Assembly (NCBI GenBank): GCA_965232515.1
Contig: CBDDPY010000002.1
Span: 5,056,001-5,120,000 of the forward strand
Direction: 5' to 3'
Source of the DNA: Alphaproteobacteria bacterium
GTDB lineage: Bacteria; Pseudomonadota; Alphaproteobacteria; GCA-2731375
Length of the DNA: 64,000 nt
How positions within the stretch are numbered: position 1 is the first letter of the stretch; every line of letters begins with the position of its first letter. Made by a program: the position numbers and the translations under genes. The notes below the pieces were generated by a model, which saw only the letters and a list, made by a program, of their open reading frames with translations, was not told where the DNA came from and ran no database searches. Shown here piece after piece: positions 1 through 9,045 of the stretch.

Positions 1-20
1 TCTCAACGACGGACTGATCC

Positions 21-755
21 ATGTCTCGACCATCCTCCGCGGATGGCTGGCGGGCGCCGCGCGCGCTTCGCCGCCTCCTGCGCGTTTCCATCACCGCGGT
101 CTTCCCGCTCCTGGCCCTGGCCGGCGCTGCATCGGCGCATGCCGTCGCCGAAGGCGACAAGGGCTACATCCAGGAGATCTCGGGCATCCACCTCCTGCCC
201 TTCATCTATCTCGGGGCCAAGCACATGGTCACGGGATACGACCACCTGCTGTTCCTGTTCGGCGTGGTCTTCTTCCTTTACCGGCTGAAGCACGTCGCGA
301 TCTACGTCAGCCTGTTTGCCCTCGGCCATTCGACGACCATGCTGCTCGGCGTTTACTTCAACGTCGGGATCAACAGCTACCTGATCGATGCGATCATCGG
401 CCTGTCGGTCGTCTACAAGGCGCTCGACAATTTGGGCGCCTATGGGCGCTGGTTCGGGTTTCAGCCCGACACCAAGGCGGCGACCCTGATCTTCGGCCTG
501 TTTCACGGCTTCGGCCTGTCCAGCAAGATCCTCGACTACGAGATCTCGCCCGACGGCCTGCTGGCCAATCTGCTGGCTTTCAACGTCGGCGTCGAGATCG
601 GCCAGTTGCTCGCGCTTGCCGCGATCCTGATCGCCATGGGCTACTGGCGCCGAACGGCCGGCTTCTGGAAGCACGCCTACACCGCGAATGTCCTCATGAT
701 GAGCGCCGGCTTCGTGCTGATCGGCTATCAGCTCACCGGCTATTTCGTCGCTTAG
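21..755 (+). CDS. HupE/UreJ family membrane protein
   Basis: Motifs GAKHMVTGYDHLLFL, SLFALGHSTT, FGLFHGFGL, FNVGVEIGQ; multiple TM segments. Confidence 0.85.
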   Translation: MSRPSSADGWRAPRALRRLLRVSITAVFPLLALAGAASAHAVAEGDKGYIQEISGIHLLPFIYLGAKHMVTGYDHLLFLFGVVFFLYRLKHVAIYVSLFALGHSTTMLLGVYFNVGINSYLIDAIIGLSVVYKALDNLGAYGRWFGFQPDTKAATLIFGLFHGFGLSSKILDYEISPDGLLANLLAFNVGVEIGQLLALAAILIAMGYWRRTAGFWKHAYTANVLMMSAGFVLIGYQLTGYFVA

Positions 756-788
756 ACATCTTTTGAACAGACAGAAAGCGAAAGACGA

Positions 789-1493
789 ATGTACAACGCG
801 AACAAGCCCTCGCCGGACGAGCTTCCCAGCAGCCGGCGCCTGCTTCGCTCGACCGCCGTCGCCATGTTTGGCGCGGCGGCGATCCTGTTGACGGTCGTGC
901 TGCCCGCCGAATACGGCATCGATCCCACCGGCGCCGGCGGCGTCCTCGGCCTGAGCGAGATGGGCGAGATCAAGATGCAGCTCGCTGAGGAGGCCGAGAC
1001 CGACCGCCGCCTGGCGGCCCAGGCACAGGTCACCCCCGGCACCCCCGCGCCGCCGCGGCCGACGCCGCCGGACGAGGCCGAACGTGCCGCCGCGGCGGGG
1101 CCGGCCCCGGTTCCGGCCGAACGCCCGGCCGGCCCGGCCGTCGCCGGAGCCGAGGCGCCGCCGCCGGCCGGGCCGGACGCCCGAAGCGACGAGATCAGCA
1201 TCACGCTGTCGCCGGGCCAGGGCACGGAGGTAAAGCTGGTCATGGACGCCGGCGCCCGGGCGCGTTTCGAATGGACCGCCAACGGCGGCCTGCTGAACTA
1301 CGACACCCATGGCGACGGCGGCGGCCAATCGATCTCATACGAAAAGGGCCGGGGTGTCGGCGGCGACTCGGGTGAGCTCGTGGCCGCTTTCGACGGCAAC
1401 CACGGCTGGTTCTGGCGCAACCGAACCGCACGGGACGTCACGCTGACGCTCCGCACCAATGGCGCTTATCGTGAATTGAAACGCGTGCTCTAG
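789..1493 (+). CDS. Conserved membrane-anchored protein (partner of HupE/UreJ gene)
   Basis: N-terminal TM, VLPAEYGIDPTG motif, Pro/Ala linker, C-terminal beta domain with FDGNHGWFWRNR. Confidence 0.75.
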   Translation: MYNANKPSPDELPSSRRLLRSTAVAMFGAAAILLTVVLPAEYGIDPTGAGGVLGLSEMGEIKMQLAEEAETDRRLAAQAQVTPGTPAPPRPTPPDEAERAAAAGPAPVPAERPAGPAVAGAEAPPPAGPDARSDEISITLSPGQGTEVKLVMDAGARARFEWTANGGLLNYDTHGDGGGQSISYEKGRGVGGDSGELVAAFDGNHGWFWRNRTARDVTLTLRTNGAYRELKRVL

Positions 1494-1508
1494 AACGTCG
1501 CGGAAGGC

Positions 1509-1548
1509 GCCGACCCCGCCGCCGTTTCCCTATGGCGGCGGGGTCGGC
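1509..1548. terminator. 15-bp perfect hairpin between convergent genes
   Basis: GCCGACCCCGCCGCC (1509-1523) / GGCGGCGGGGTCGGC (1534-1548); no long U tract. Confidence 0.55.
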
Positions 1549-1628
1549 CCGGCCCTTGCCGACGATCTCGACGCCCTGGCGTTCGCAACGGGAGACGTCG
1601 GGCGGGTTCGAGGATCCAAGCAGGGCGA

Positions 1629-2054
1629 TCAGCCGGTCGGTGTCTCGGCGTCCGTCGATCGGGCGATGATTTCCTGCCGGAACCCGTCCCTGTCCGTCTG
1701 AATCCGTGCCAGCAGCGCGGCCGGAAAATCAGAGCGTTCATCGTGCCGCGCCGACCAGAGCGCGATCTCGAACAGGACCGGGATGAAATCGTGCGCCTTG
1801 GGCGTCAGCCGATAGTGCAGCTTCGACGCGTTCGCGGGATCGGGCGATTTCGTCACCATGCCCGCCGCCGCGAGGCGCGCGAGACGGTCGGCGAGAACGT
1901 TCGTCGAAATCCCTTCGCCGGCCCGATGAAATTCGCCGAACGATCGAAACCCCTTGAACACCATGTCCCGCAGGATCAGCAGCGTCCAGCGATCACCGAT
2001 GACGCTCGTCGCATACCGGAACGGACAACCGAACGGCGGGTAGGTCTTGGCCAA
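1629..2054 (-). CDS. HxlR-family winged-helix transcriptional regulator
   Basis: GCPFRYATSVIGDRWTLLILRD...GISTNVLADRL...YRLTPK; TTG start at 2054 after AAAGGA. Confidence 0.85.
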   Translation of the reverse strand: MAKTYPPFGCPFRYATSVIGDRWTLLILRDMVFKGFRSFGEFHRAGEGISTNVLADRLARLAAAGMVTKSPDPANASKLHYRLTPKAHDFIPVLFEIALWSARHDERSDFPAALLARIQTDRDGFRQEIIARSTDAETPTG

Positions 2055-2141
2055 ACCGATGTATCCTTTCAAGGTACTTGCAAAAAACAAGTACTTTCGC
2101 CAACATCGCGATGGCATTCAGTTAAGCCAAATGGGGGTGAC

Positions 2142-2585
2142 ATGGCCAGGGTCCGTCATCGCGTCGGCGTGGCCGGCGACATCGATCACATCTACCGGGC
2201 CACGCACCAGCCCGCGGGCCTCGCCGGCTGGTGGGCGTCAACGGCCGACGGAACACCGGACGTCGGGCAGGTGCTCAACCTGCACTTTGAAGCGCTGACC
2301 ACACTGTCGTTCAAAATCACCGCGCTCGAACGGAATGCGCTTGTGCGTCTGCAATGCGTCGCGGGCCCGGGTCCGTGGCGGGAGTCGCAACTGGATTTCA
2401 CGTTCGAGCAGGACGACCGCCAGGTCTGGGTCGGCCTGATCCACGAAAACGCATCCGCCGCCGACGACGACTTCGTCTATTTCAGCACCAAGTGGCCGAT
2501 TTACCTCTTGAGCCTGCGCGACTTCATCGAGACCGGAACGGGCACGCCCTATCCCAACGAAACCAAGATCCACATCGACGACTGA
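2142..2585 (+). CDS. SRPBCC/AHSA1 domain protein
   Basis: MARVRHRVGVAG..IYRA..GLAGWW...W..YLLSLRDFIETG; divergent from HxlR gene; ATG after GGGGGTGA. Confidence 0.8.
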   Translation: MARVRHRVGVAGDIDHIYRATHQPAGLAGWWASTADGTPDVGQVLNLHFEALTTLSFKITALERNALVRLQCVAGPGPWRESQLDFTFEQDDRQVWVGLIHENASAADDDFVYFSTKWPIYLLSLRDFIETGTGTPYPNETKIHIDD

Positions 2586-2750
2586 TCTCGGTTCCGCGGC
2601 CATGACGTCGCTCCGACAAAAAAAATCGACAACAGAGCGTCCCGACACGGGCATTACAACGGTCGTGACAACGCTTGCGGCTTAAGGAGCGTTTCCGCCA
2701 CGGTGCCGTTTGCTCGAACGCCCCCGCGCAACCGGTGAGACTTGATCTGC

Positions 2751-3671
2751 ATGACAAACACCCTTTCAAGGCCGAAAACAGGCGCGCGCCGTTCGTCGCG
2801 GGTCGCCGACAGGATCGCGGCGCTCGATCCCGAAGCGGACTATGAGGAGATTGCCCGCCTCCTCTACGCCTACGAGTTCTCCTGGGACATCGAGCGCGCG
2901 CTCGAGTTCGCGCTCTTCCGGACCTGCGCCGTGCCGTCGATCTCGGGCTTGCTGGCGAAGACCGGCGAATTCGAAACCCGGCCGCGCAAGCGCTACGACG
3001 ACACCGAGCTCATTCTGGCCGAAGCCATCGAGCACGGACTGGACAGCCGGCGGGGGCGGCGGTCGATCGCCAGGATGAACGCCATGCACGGCCGCTTCCG
3101 GATCGACAACGCCGACATGCTCTACGTGTTGTCGACCTTCGTCTGCGAGCCGATCCGCTGGCTCGACCGCTTCGGCCGCCGGCCCATGACCGAAAACGAG
3201 CGGCGGGCGTGGTTCCTCTATTACCGCGGACTGGGCGAGCGCATGGGCATCGGCGAGATCCCCCGCGAGCTTGCGGACATGATGCGCTTCAACGAGGACT
3301 ACGAGGCGGCCAACTTCCGCTTCGCCGAGACGAACCGGCGGATCGCGGCGGCGACCGTCGATCTGCTACTCGGCTTCTACCTGCCGCGCTGGCTGTTCTG
3401 GGCCGGCCGGCCGGCGGTCCGCGCCTTCCTCGACCAGCCATTGTTGCAGAGCATGGGCTTTCGTCCGGCGCCCGGCTGGCTTCGGCAATTGCTGATGGCA
3501 GCGTTACGGGCGCGGGCCGCCGTCCTCAGACGCCTGCCGCCGCGCCGCCGCCCGCGCCTGCTGACGCAAGTCTCTCGCCCGACCTACCCGGAAGGCTACC
3601 GCATCGAGGAACTCGGCACCTTCCGCGGCGCGGAGACGCCGTCGAACGCGCGCCGACAAGAATACCGATGA
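2751..3671 (+). CDS. DUF2236 / MpaB-like oxygenase family protein
   Basis: ALFRTCAVPSISGLL..TGEF...KRYDDT, RMNAMHGRFRIDNADMLYVLSTF. Confidence 0.8.
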   Translation: MTNTLSRPKTGARRSSRVADRIAALDPEADYEEIARLLYAYEFSWDIERALEFALFRTCAVPSISGLLAKTGEFETRPRKRYDDTELILAEAIEHGLDSRRGRRSIARMNAMHGRFRIDNADMLYVLSTFVCEPIRWLDRFGRRPMTENERRAWFLYYRGLGERMGIGEIPRELADMMRFNEDYEAANFRFAETNRRIAAATVDLLLGFYLPRWLFWAGRPAVRAFLDQPLLQSMGFRPAPGWLRQLLMAALRARAAVLRRLPPRRRPRLLTQVSRPTYPEGYRIEELGTFRGAETPSNARRQEYR

Positions 3672-3865
3672 CAACCGCCAAATCCCTTTTTGTGCGCGCG
3701 TTCGGCCGCTTATCCGCCCTAACTCGGGATTTGGCAAGCCGCTGTTGTCTTCCTGACGGCGTGCTGTCAGCGGCATTGCGCTAGGCTTCTTCAGATCGGG
3801 ACCGGCCACCATGCGCCGTGCCGAACCGGCAGCCCGACAGACGAATTGATCATAGAGTGTCCGGC

Positions 3866-4525
3866 ATGCCGCTGCAGAACCGCGTGACGCCCTTCTCCAC
3901 CATCGAAGCCGTGGATAGCCGCGGCCTCGTCATGGGCAATCGCGGCTGCCTTCACGACGACGATCGCCAGCTGCGCAGCCAACGCTGGCGGACCAAGTCC
4001 TGGATAGTCTGCCGGCTCGACTGGAAGAACAGGCGGCGGCGGCTGATGACGCCCGGATCCTGGACCGAGCTGTTCTTCCTCGACGATGCCGTGGCGCTCG
4101 CGGCCGGCCATCGCCCCTGCGGCTATTGCCGCCGCGACGACTACCGCGATTTCCTCGCCCGTTGGGCGTCCGGAACCGGCTGGAGCCTGGCGCGGCCACC
4201 GCGGCAGCCCGACGTCGACGCCAGCCTCCATGCCGACCGCGTCGACCGGCAGGGGCGCCAACGCCATCACGACGCCGGGATCGACCGCCTGCCGGACGGT
4301 TGCTTCGTGCGCCTGCCGGACGATCCCACGCCCTGGCTGGTCCACGGCGCGCGCCTCCATCCCTGGTCGCAAGCCGGCTACGGCCCGCCCGTCCGCCGGC
4401 CGGCTGGGATCACGGTGGCCGTCATCACGCCCGCCGCCACGGTCGCCACCCTCGCCGCTGGTTACATTCCGTTGGTTCATCCCAGCATCACCCAAAGCGG
4501 CGACGCGGCCGGACCGCCACGATAG
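3866..4525 (+). CDS. Conserved hypothetical protein with Ada-like RPCxxC metal motif
   Basis: MPLQNRVTP..RG..MGNRGCLH; TELFFLDDAVALAAGHRPCGYCRR. Confidence 0.7.
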   Translation: MPLQNRVTPFSTIEAVDSRGLVMGNRGCLHDDDRQLRSQRWRTKSWIVCRLDWKNRRRRLMTPGSWTELFFLDDAVALAAGHRPCGYCRRDDYRDFLARWASGTGWSLARPPRQPDVDASLHADRVDRQGRQRHHDAGIDRLPDGCFVRLPDDPTPWLVHGARLHPWSQAGYGPPVRRPAGITVAVITPAATVATLAAGYIPLVHPSITQSGDAAGPPR

Positions 4526-4650
4526 ACGCCACCGCGACCGCCGATCGCGGCGCGTTCAATTCGGGCTTTGATCGACATCATCGCGGTCTTGGATCGGACG
4601 TAGCACGGTGAAAACTGTCACGTCTGTTCCAACCGACAGGAGGCGGTGCT

Positions 4651-5076
4651 TTGCCCGATGGAGTGAAGCTGACGGGTCGGTGCCTGTGCGGCGCCGTTCG
4701 ATTTACCGGCACGACGAATGAGCCCAAGGTTGCCGCCTGCCACTGCAGCATGTGCCGGCGTTGGTCATCCGGACCCTATTTCGAGGTCGTGTGCACGAGC
4801 GTCACCTTCGAGGGCGACGACAACATCACGAAAATACGATCCTCCGACTGGGCCGAACGCGCCTTCTGCAACAAATGCGGGTCGAACCTGTACTACCGCA
4901 TGATCGACAGCGACGAGTTGCAGCTCGCCGCCGGACTTCTCGACGATCAATCGGGTCTACGCCTGTCACGGCAGTTTTTCACCGACAAGAAGCCACCCTT
5001 CTATACCCTGGCCGACGAGACGGAAACCATGACGTCCGAAGAGATCTATGCCGCCTTCGCCGCCCGTTCGGATTGA
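4651..5076 (+). CDS. GFA (Mss4-like) family Zn protein
   Basis: GRCLCGAVRF, CHCSMCRRW, FCNKCGS; RBS AGGAGG before TTG. Confidence 0.9.
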   Translation: MPDGVKLTGRCLCGAVRFTGTTNEPKVAACHCSMCRRWSSGPYFEVVCTSVTFEGDDNITKIRSSDWAERAFCNKCGSNLYYRMIDSDELQLAAGLLDDQSGLRLSRQFFTDKKPPFYTLADETETMTSEEIYAAFAARSD

Positions 5077-5089
5077 GTCCAAGAAACGC

Positions 5090-5191
5090 CAAAAACAGTG
5101 ACAGTTTACTAAAGCTCTTTTTAAGACGGCTTTGGTCGGAGGTCGATCAATCAGGTGTTCAGTGAACTGTCATTGCTTTCCACTGTTTTTG
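5090..5191. repeat. Imperfect long inverted repeat (REP-doublet-like)
   Basis: CAGTGACAGTTTACT (5096-5110) pairs 13/15 with AGTGAACTGTCATTG (5161-5175); CAAAAACAGTG (5090-5100) pairs with CACTGTTTTTG (5181-5191). Confidence 0.5.
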
Positions 5192-5236
5192 CGGCTCTCC
5201 GGCTTGCGCGATTGGTCCGATCAGCCTGGGCGCGAC

Positions 5237-6331
5237 CTAGAACGACGTCTTGAGCGCCTGTTCACGCTCAAAGCGCTCCAGTCCCAGTTCGATCAATCGA
5301 TTGATGAGCTCCGAATAGGAAACGCCGCTTGCCTCCCAAAGACGCGGGTACATACTGATCTTGGTGAAGCCGGGAATGGTGTTGATCTCGTTTACGATCA
5401 GCCCGCCGTCTTTCTTGAGGAAGAAGTCGACCCTGCCGAGCCCTTCGCATTCGAGGGTTTGGAATGTCCGTATGGCGAGCGCCCTTATGTCGTCGCTGAC
5501 GGCGTCCGGGATATCGGCTGGGATCTCGAGCGCCGCCCCGTGCTCGTCGATATACTTGGCTTCGTATGAGTAAAACTCGTGGCCGGGGATGATCTCGCCT
5601 ACGACCGACGCGATGGGGTTTCGATTGCCCAGAACCGCGCATTCCAGCTCTCGGCCGTCGATGAATTCCTCGATCAGGATCTTCATGTCATAGCCGAACG
5701 CATCCCGCAGCGCCCGGTCGAAGCTCTCCTGGTCTGTAACCTTGTGAACCCCCACCGACGAGCCGAGGTTGGCCGGCTTGACGAAGAACGGCAGGCCGAT
5801 CTCATTCGAGACAGCGCCAAAATCCGGGCGGTCTTCCTGCCGGAAGACGAGGAACTTGGCGATTGGAATGCCGGAACCGCGCATCAAGCGTTTCATGACG
5901 TCCTTGTCCATCCCGACCGCCGAGCCGAGGATTCCAGCGCCGACAAACGGCACGCCGGCAAGTTTCAACAGACCCTGGACCGTGCCGTCCTCGCCGAAGG
6001 GGCCATGCAGGATCGGGAAGACGATGTCGAGCGAGGCCTGAGCGCTGCCGCCGGATAGATCGGTCAACGCCCCGCCGCTTTGCGGTACCAGCGCGACGCT
6101 GGCTTCATTTTTCCTGTTCAGCTGAATCAGTTTGGGGTCGCCGGCATCGAGCAGGAACTGCGATTGATTGGGCAGCAGCCATTTGCCCGACTTGTCGATC
6201 CCGATGAGGGCGACGTCGTACCTGTTCCTGTCGATGGCGTCGGCGACATTCTTCGCCGATTGCAGCGACACTTCATGCTCGGCCGACCTGCCGCCGAAAA
6301 GGATGCCCACTCTGATTTTCTTGCCTGCCAT
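5237..6331 (-). CDS. ddlA: D-alanine--D-alanine ligase, long DdlA type
   Basis: LFGGRSAEHEVSLQSA, LHGPFGEDGTVQG, KPANLGSSVG, FYSYEAKY, NEINTIPGFT. Confidence 0.95.
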   Translation of the reverse strand: MAGKKIRVGILFGGRSAEHEVSLQSAKNVADAIDRNRYDVALIGIDKSGKWLLPNQSQFLLDAGDPKLIQLNRKNEASVALVPQSGGALTDLSGGSAQASLDIVFPILHGPFGEDGTVQGLLKLAGVPFVGAGILGSAVGMDKDVMKRLMRGSGIPIAKFLVFRQEDRPDFGAVSNEIGLPFFVKPANLGSSVGVHKVTDQESFDRALRDAFGYDMKILIEEFIDGRELECAVLGNRNPIASVVGEIIPGHEFYSYEAKYIDEHGAALEIPADIPDAVSDDIRALAIRTFQTLECEGLGRVDFFLKKDGGLIVNEINTIPGFTKISMYPRLWEASGVSYSELINRLIELGLERFEREQALKTSF

Positions 6332-6585
6332 GTGCCGTCTCTACCGCGATTTCCTGAAAGAGGAATCCAATCTCGCTTCGTCTAGTTGAAGAAAACGACA
6401 AGAATTAGACACCCCTCGGTACGCTCCTCAAGAGCAACTCGGCAGCGTAGCCAGCAAACCTTCCTGCCGGGTTATCAAGTCTGTGCCAGCACCCGAGAGA
6501 GCAAATCGGGGACAGACCGATCCACCGGTCAAGCCGATGGAGGATCGTGGCGGGCGTGGGCGGCGCCTCCCGCCGGAAGTGAGGT

Positions 6586-6698
6586 AATCTCCGTGTCGCG
6601 GCACTCGCAGCGAGATCGAGGGCGGCCGAACGACCGCCTTGCGATCGACAAGCGGGCCTTGCGTGTGGGCCAGATCGACCGCCGTTCCTAGCCGACCT
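6586..6698 (+). repeat. Degenerate tandem repeat cluster I (3 units, ~44-bp period)
   Basis: Units start 6586 AATCTCCGTG.., 6629 AACGACCGCCTTGCGATCGACAAGCGG, 6674 ATCGACCGCC..; aligned by eye. Confidence 0.4.
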
Positions 6699-6983
6699 AC
6701 GGACAACGCTTTCAGTCGTCGGCGTCCGCGGCGGTGACGTCGCCGATGAAGCACAGTCCGGCATGGAGAAGGAGCGGCATGTTCCCCTCGCACGTCCGAA
6801 AAAGGCGCATGCCGTGCCCTTGGTTGCTTGCGACGCGCCAGGTTGACTTGAATCAGCGCTGAGACGTCAGAGACCTGGGAGCCTGCGGCGTCCGGCGAGT
6901 CCGGCCGAGCCCGCAAGAGAGCCTCACACCGACCGGTCCCGCCGCATCGCCAGAACCAACGGCCGCCGCCGATCACGTCAACG

Positions 6984-8141
6984 ATGTTTTCAGTTCGCAA
7001 GACACTGGCTTCGGGAACAGCCGTTCTTCTTTACTGGCTCATCATGCTGGAGGGCGTCCTTATGGCCACGCCTTTCGGCATTCTGCTGTATTCGTTTTAC
7101 GACCCCTTCCTGGCGATAGCCCGCCGGAGCGAGCTGACGGCATGGGTTGCCGCGTTCTTTCTGCCCCAGTCCGTCTACGCGACGAACAGTTCGTTCATCG
7201 AGTTCATGCGCTTCGGGGAGTACCTGTTCTACATCGGGCTGGCCGGGTTCTTCGTCTCCGCCGCGCCGGTTTATTGGGCCAAGTTAAGGCGCAAAGGCAT
7301 GGTCGGCGGCTTTATCTACGCCTACATCAGGCACCCGCAGTACCTGTTCTTCATGCTGTCCGCGTTTGGGCTGCTCTTCATCTGGCCCAGGATGATGATG
7401 CTGGTCCTGTTTCTGGTCATGAGCGTGTTCTATTTCTATCTGGCGAAGTTCGAGGAGCGCCGGATGCAGGCGCGGCATCCCGACTATTCGGCCTACATGC
7501 GACGAACGGCCATGTTCATTCCCGGCAACCCCGGGGGCCGGTTGTTCAATCTGCTGTTCGGATGGCTGCCGAACCGGAACCTGGCCCAGGCAATGGCGGT
7601 TCTGTCTGTTGTCGTCATCGCCTTTGCCGGCGCGATCGGCCTGCGGAACCTGTCGATCGCGAATATCTCAACGGCGGAGCTTCCCGACCAAAACATACTG
7701 GCGATATCGATCTTCCCGCATGACGACGCTTATTTGCGCGACGCGGTCACCAAGACCATTGCCGACGATGCGGTTCGAATCGCCTTGGACCGGCAGGGAA
7801 ACGTGAGCTTCACGGCCCACATCCTGCCCAAGGACTACGGCATGCTGGGCAAGTTCGTTTCCATCAACGAACACCACGAGGCAGAGATCATCGACAACTT
7901 CCTAAACAGATCGTCCCTGCGCGGCTTTCTGTGGGGCACCGACTCCGATGACGTAAAGATCGTTCTTTCGAAGATCGACAAGCCCGGAACCCCGTTCGTC
8001 CCGCTGGCCGAGATCATGGACATGAGCGCCAAGATGACCCCGGTGTTGATCGTCGATCTGAACCTGCCGACAGGCGCGCTGAGCAACCTGACGCTGACCG
8101 ATACGACCCACTACGGCGACGTACCCCAGCCAATCTTCTGA
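6984..8141 (+). CDS. Isoprenylcysteine carboxyl methyltransferase / PEMT-family membrane protein with C-terminal soluble domain
   Basis: IYAYIRHPQY motif, AKFEERRM..HPDYSAYMRRTAMFIP; ~6 TM segments then ~160-aa hydrophilic domain. Confidence 0.75.
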   Translation: MFSVRKTLASGTAVLLYWLIMLEGVLMATPFGILLYSFYDPFLAIARRSELTAWVAAFFLPQSVYATNSSFIEFMRFGEYLFYIGLAGFFVSAAPVYWAKLRRKGMVGGFIYAYIRHPQYLFFMLSAFGLLFIWPRMMMLVLFLVMSVFYFYLAKFEERRMQARHPDYSAYMRRTAMFIPGNPGGRLFNLLFGWLPNRNLAQAMAVLSVVVIAFAGAIGLRNLSIANISTAELPDQNILAISIFPHDDAYLRDAVTKTIADDAVRIALDRQGNVSFTAHILPKDYGMLGKFVSINEHHEAEIIDNFLNRSSLRGFLWGTDSDDVKIVLSKIDKPGTPFVPLAEIMDMSAKMTPVLIVDLNLPTGALSNLTLTDTTHYGDVPQPIF

Positions 8142-8146
8142 CCTGC

Positions 8147-8266
8147 ACGGTCCGCTGCGGCTCGGGCGCCGCAACTGGTCGCGCCAGGCGGACGACCGCT
8201 GCGTGACGTGAAAGCCGTCATGCACGCCAGCGGCCGCAAACGGCAGCCTTGGGTCGGTTTCGGTTG
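8147..8266 (+). repeat. Degenerate tandem repeat cluster II (3 units)
   Basis: 8147 ACGGTCCGCTGCGGCTCG, 8191 GACGACCGCTGCGTGACGTGAAAGCCGTCAT, 8239 AACGGCAGCCTTGGGTCGGTTTCGGTTG; starts 6 bp after the stop of 6984..8141. Confidence 0.55.
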
Positions 8267-8347
8267 CACTGGAATTGTTCGCTATGCGGGCGCAACCCGA
8301 TGTCCGGTCAAACCCGCGTGCCGACGACCGTCGCGCCGCTGCTGCCG

Positions 8348-8545
8348 CGCCTCTCTAATCACCAGATAGAGCGTTGGCAAGGTGCCGGCCTGGATCTTGC
8401 CCATGATCTCGAAGCCGTGGCGTTCGTAGAGGGAGATGTTGCGCGGGTTCGACGACTCCAGATAGGCGATCAGGCCGTCGGCGTCGCAGCGTCTAAGCGC
8501 GTGTGCCATCAGCGCGGCGATCAGCGGCAGTTACCAGTGCGGGCG
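8348..8545 (-). pseudogene. Remnant copy of the 3' end of the GNAT gene at 11089..11679
   Basis: Aligns to 11098-11331 with many identical stretches; 36-bp deletion between GCGGCG microhomologies, TAC->TAA stop, 5' part absent. Confidence 0.9.
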
Positions 8546-8554
8546 ATCATCGCC

Positions 8555-8666
8555 AATGGCAGATTCTGCTCGGTAACGGTTTGTCACACACAGTCGGCGA
8601 TATCTGCTTGTAGATCGCTTAGTGGAACTTCGATCATCATGTTTGGTGCGGATCAATTCCGGCCAT
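8555..8666 (+). repeat. Degenerate tandem repeat cluster III (3 units), left edge of AT-rich island
   Basis: 8555 AATGGCAGATTCTGCTCGGTAACGGTTT (19/28 identical to the 8239 unit), 8599 GATATCTGCTTGTAGATCGCTTAGTGG, 8638 CATGTTTGGTGCGGATCAATTCCGGCCAT. Confidence 0.5.
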
Positions 8667-8790
8667 AATCGATCGTATAGAAAACAACCCCTAAGGTTCC
8701 AAGATCGGCAGCGTAACGACGTTTCGCAAAAGTTTTGTAGAGATCTCTGCAGCCTTTTTTTTATCGTGCGCAAACGAATATTGCGAATTC

Positions 8791-8819
8791 AAGAAAATGA
8801 GGGCGGCAAGGCCGCCCTC
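8791..8819 (-). terminator. Rho-independent terminator downstream of the micro-ORF
   Basis: GAGGGCGGC-AAG-GCCGCCCTC stem (8799-8819) followed on the minus strand by ATTTTCTT. Confidence 0.7.
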
Positions 8820-8841
8820 GATGTTTTTGCCTACGCACTTT

Positions 8842-9045
8842 CTAGTATGTTTTGGTCCGTGAGTTGCCTTTCGGATCGGTTACTGTCGTCGACGTTGCCT
8901 TCCAGCTCGGCCCCAGGAGGGCCCGTGAAGGACCGCTTCCGGTGGCTTTGTAGGTGGTTGTCTTGCTGAATCCGCCACCGCGTTCCGTGACTGTTTTGCC
9001 GGTGAGCCATCCGTCTTTTGACGAGTAGGAGGTCTTCTTAGTCAC
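8842..9045 (-). CDS. 67-aa Thr/Ser/Lys/Gly-rich small protein, unknown function
   Basis: RBS AAGGGAG 7 nt before GTG; terminator 22 nt after stop. Confidence 0.6.
   Translation of the reverse strand: MTKKTSYSSKDGWLTGKTVTERGGGFSKTTTYKATGSGPSRALLGPSWKATSTTVTDPKGNSRTKTY

Noticed and set aside
3701-3730. Possible lone unit of the tandem repeat family (TTCGGCCGCTTATCCGCCCTAACTCGGGAT) inside a 10-bp inverted repeat
   Set aside because: No convincing neighbouring units at ~44-bp spacing; cannot be told from chance by eye.
5237-6331. Possible Van-type D-Ala-D-Lac ligase
   Set aside because: Omega-loop Tyr retained (YEAKY) and no vanH, vanX or vanRS neighbours.
6503-6520. AAATCGGGGACAGACC, REP-like motif
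   Set aside because: Single copy with no inverted partner in the window.
6386-7000. Short ORFs in the ddlA-ICMT intergenic region
   Set aside because: No recognisable motifs or RBS, and they run across repeat cluster I.
8282-8509. 75-aa ORF as a functional small acetyltransferase
   Set aside because: It is the tail of the GNAT pseudogene, lacking motif A and preceded by an in-frame stop.
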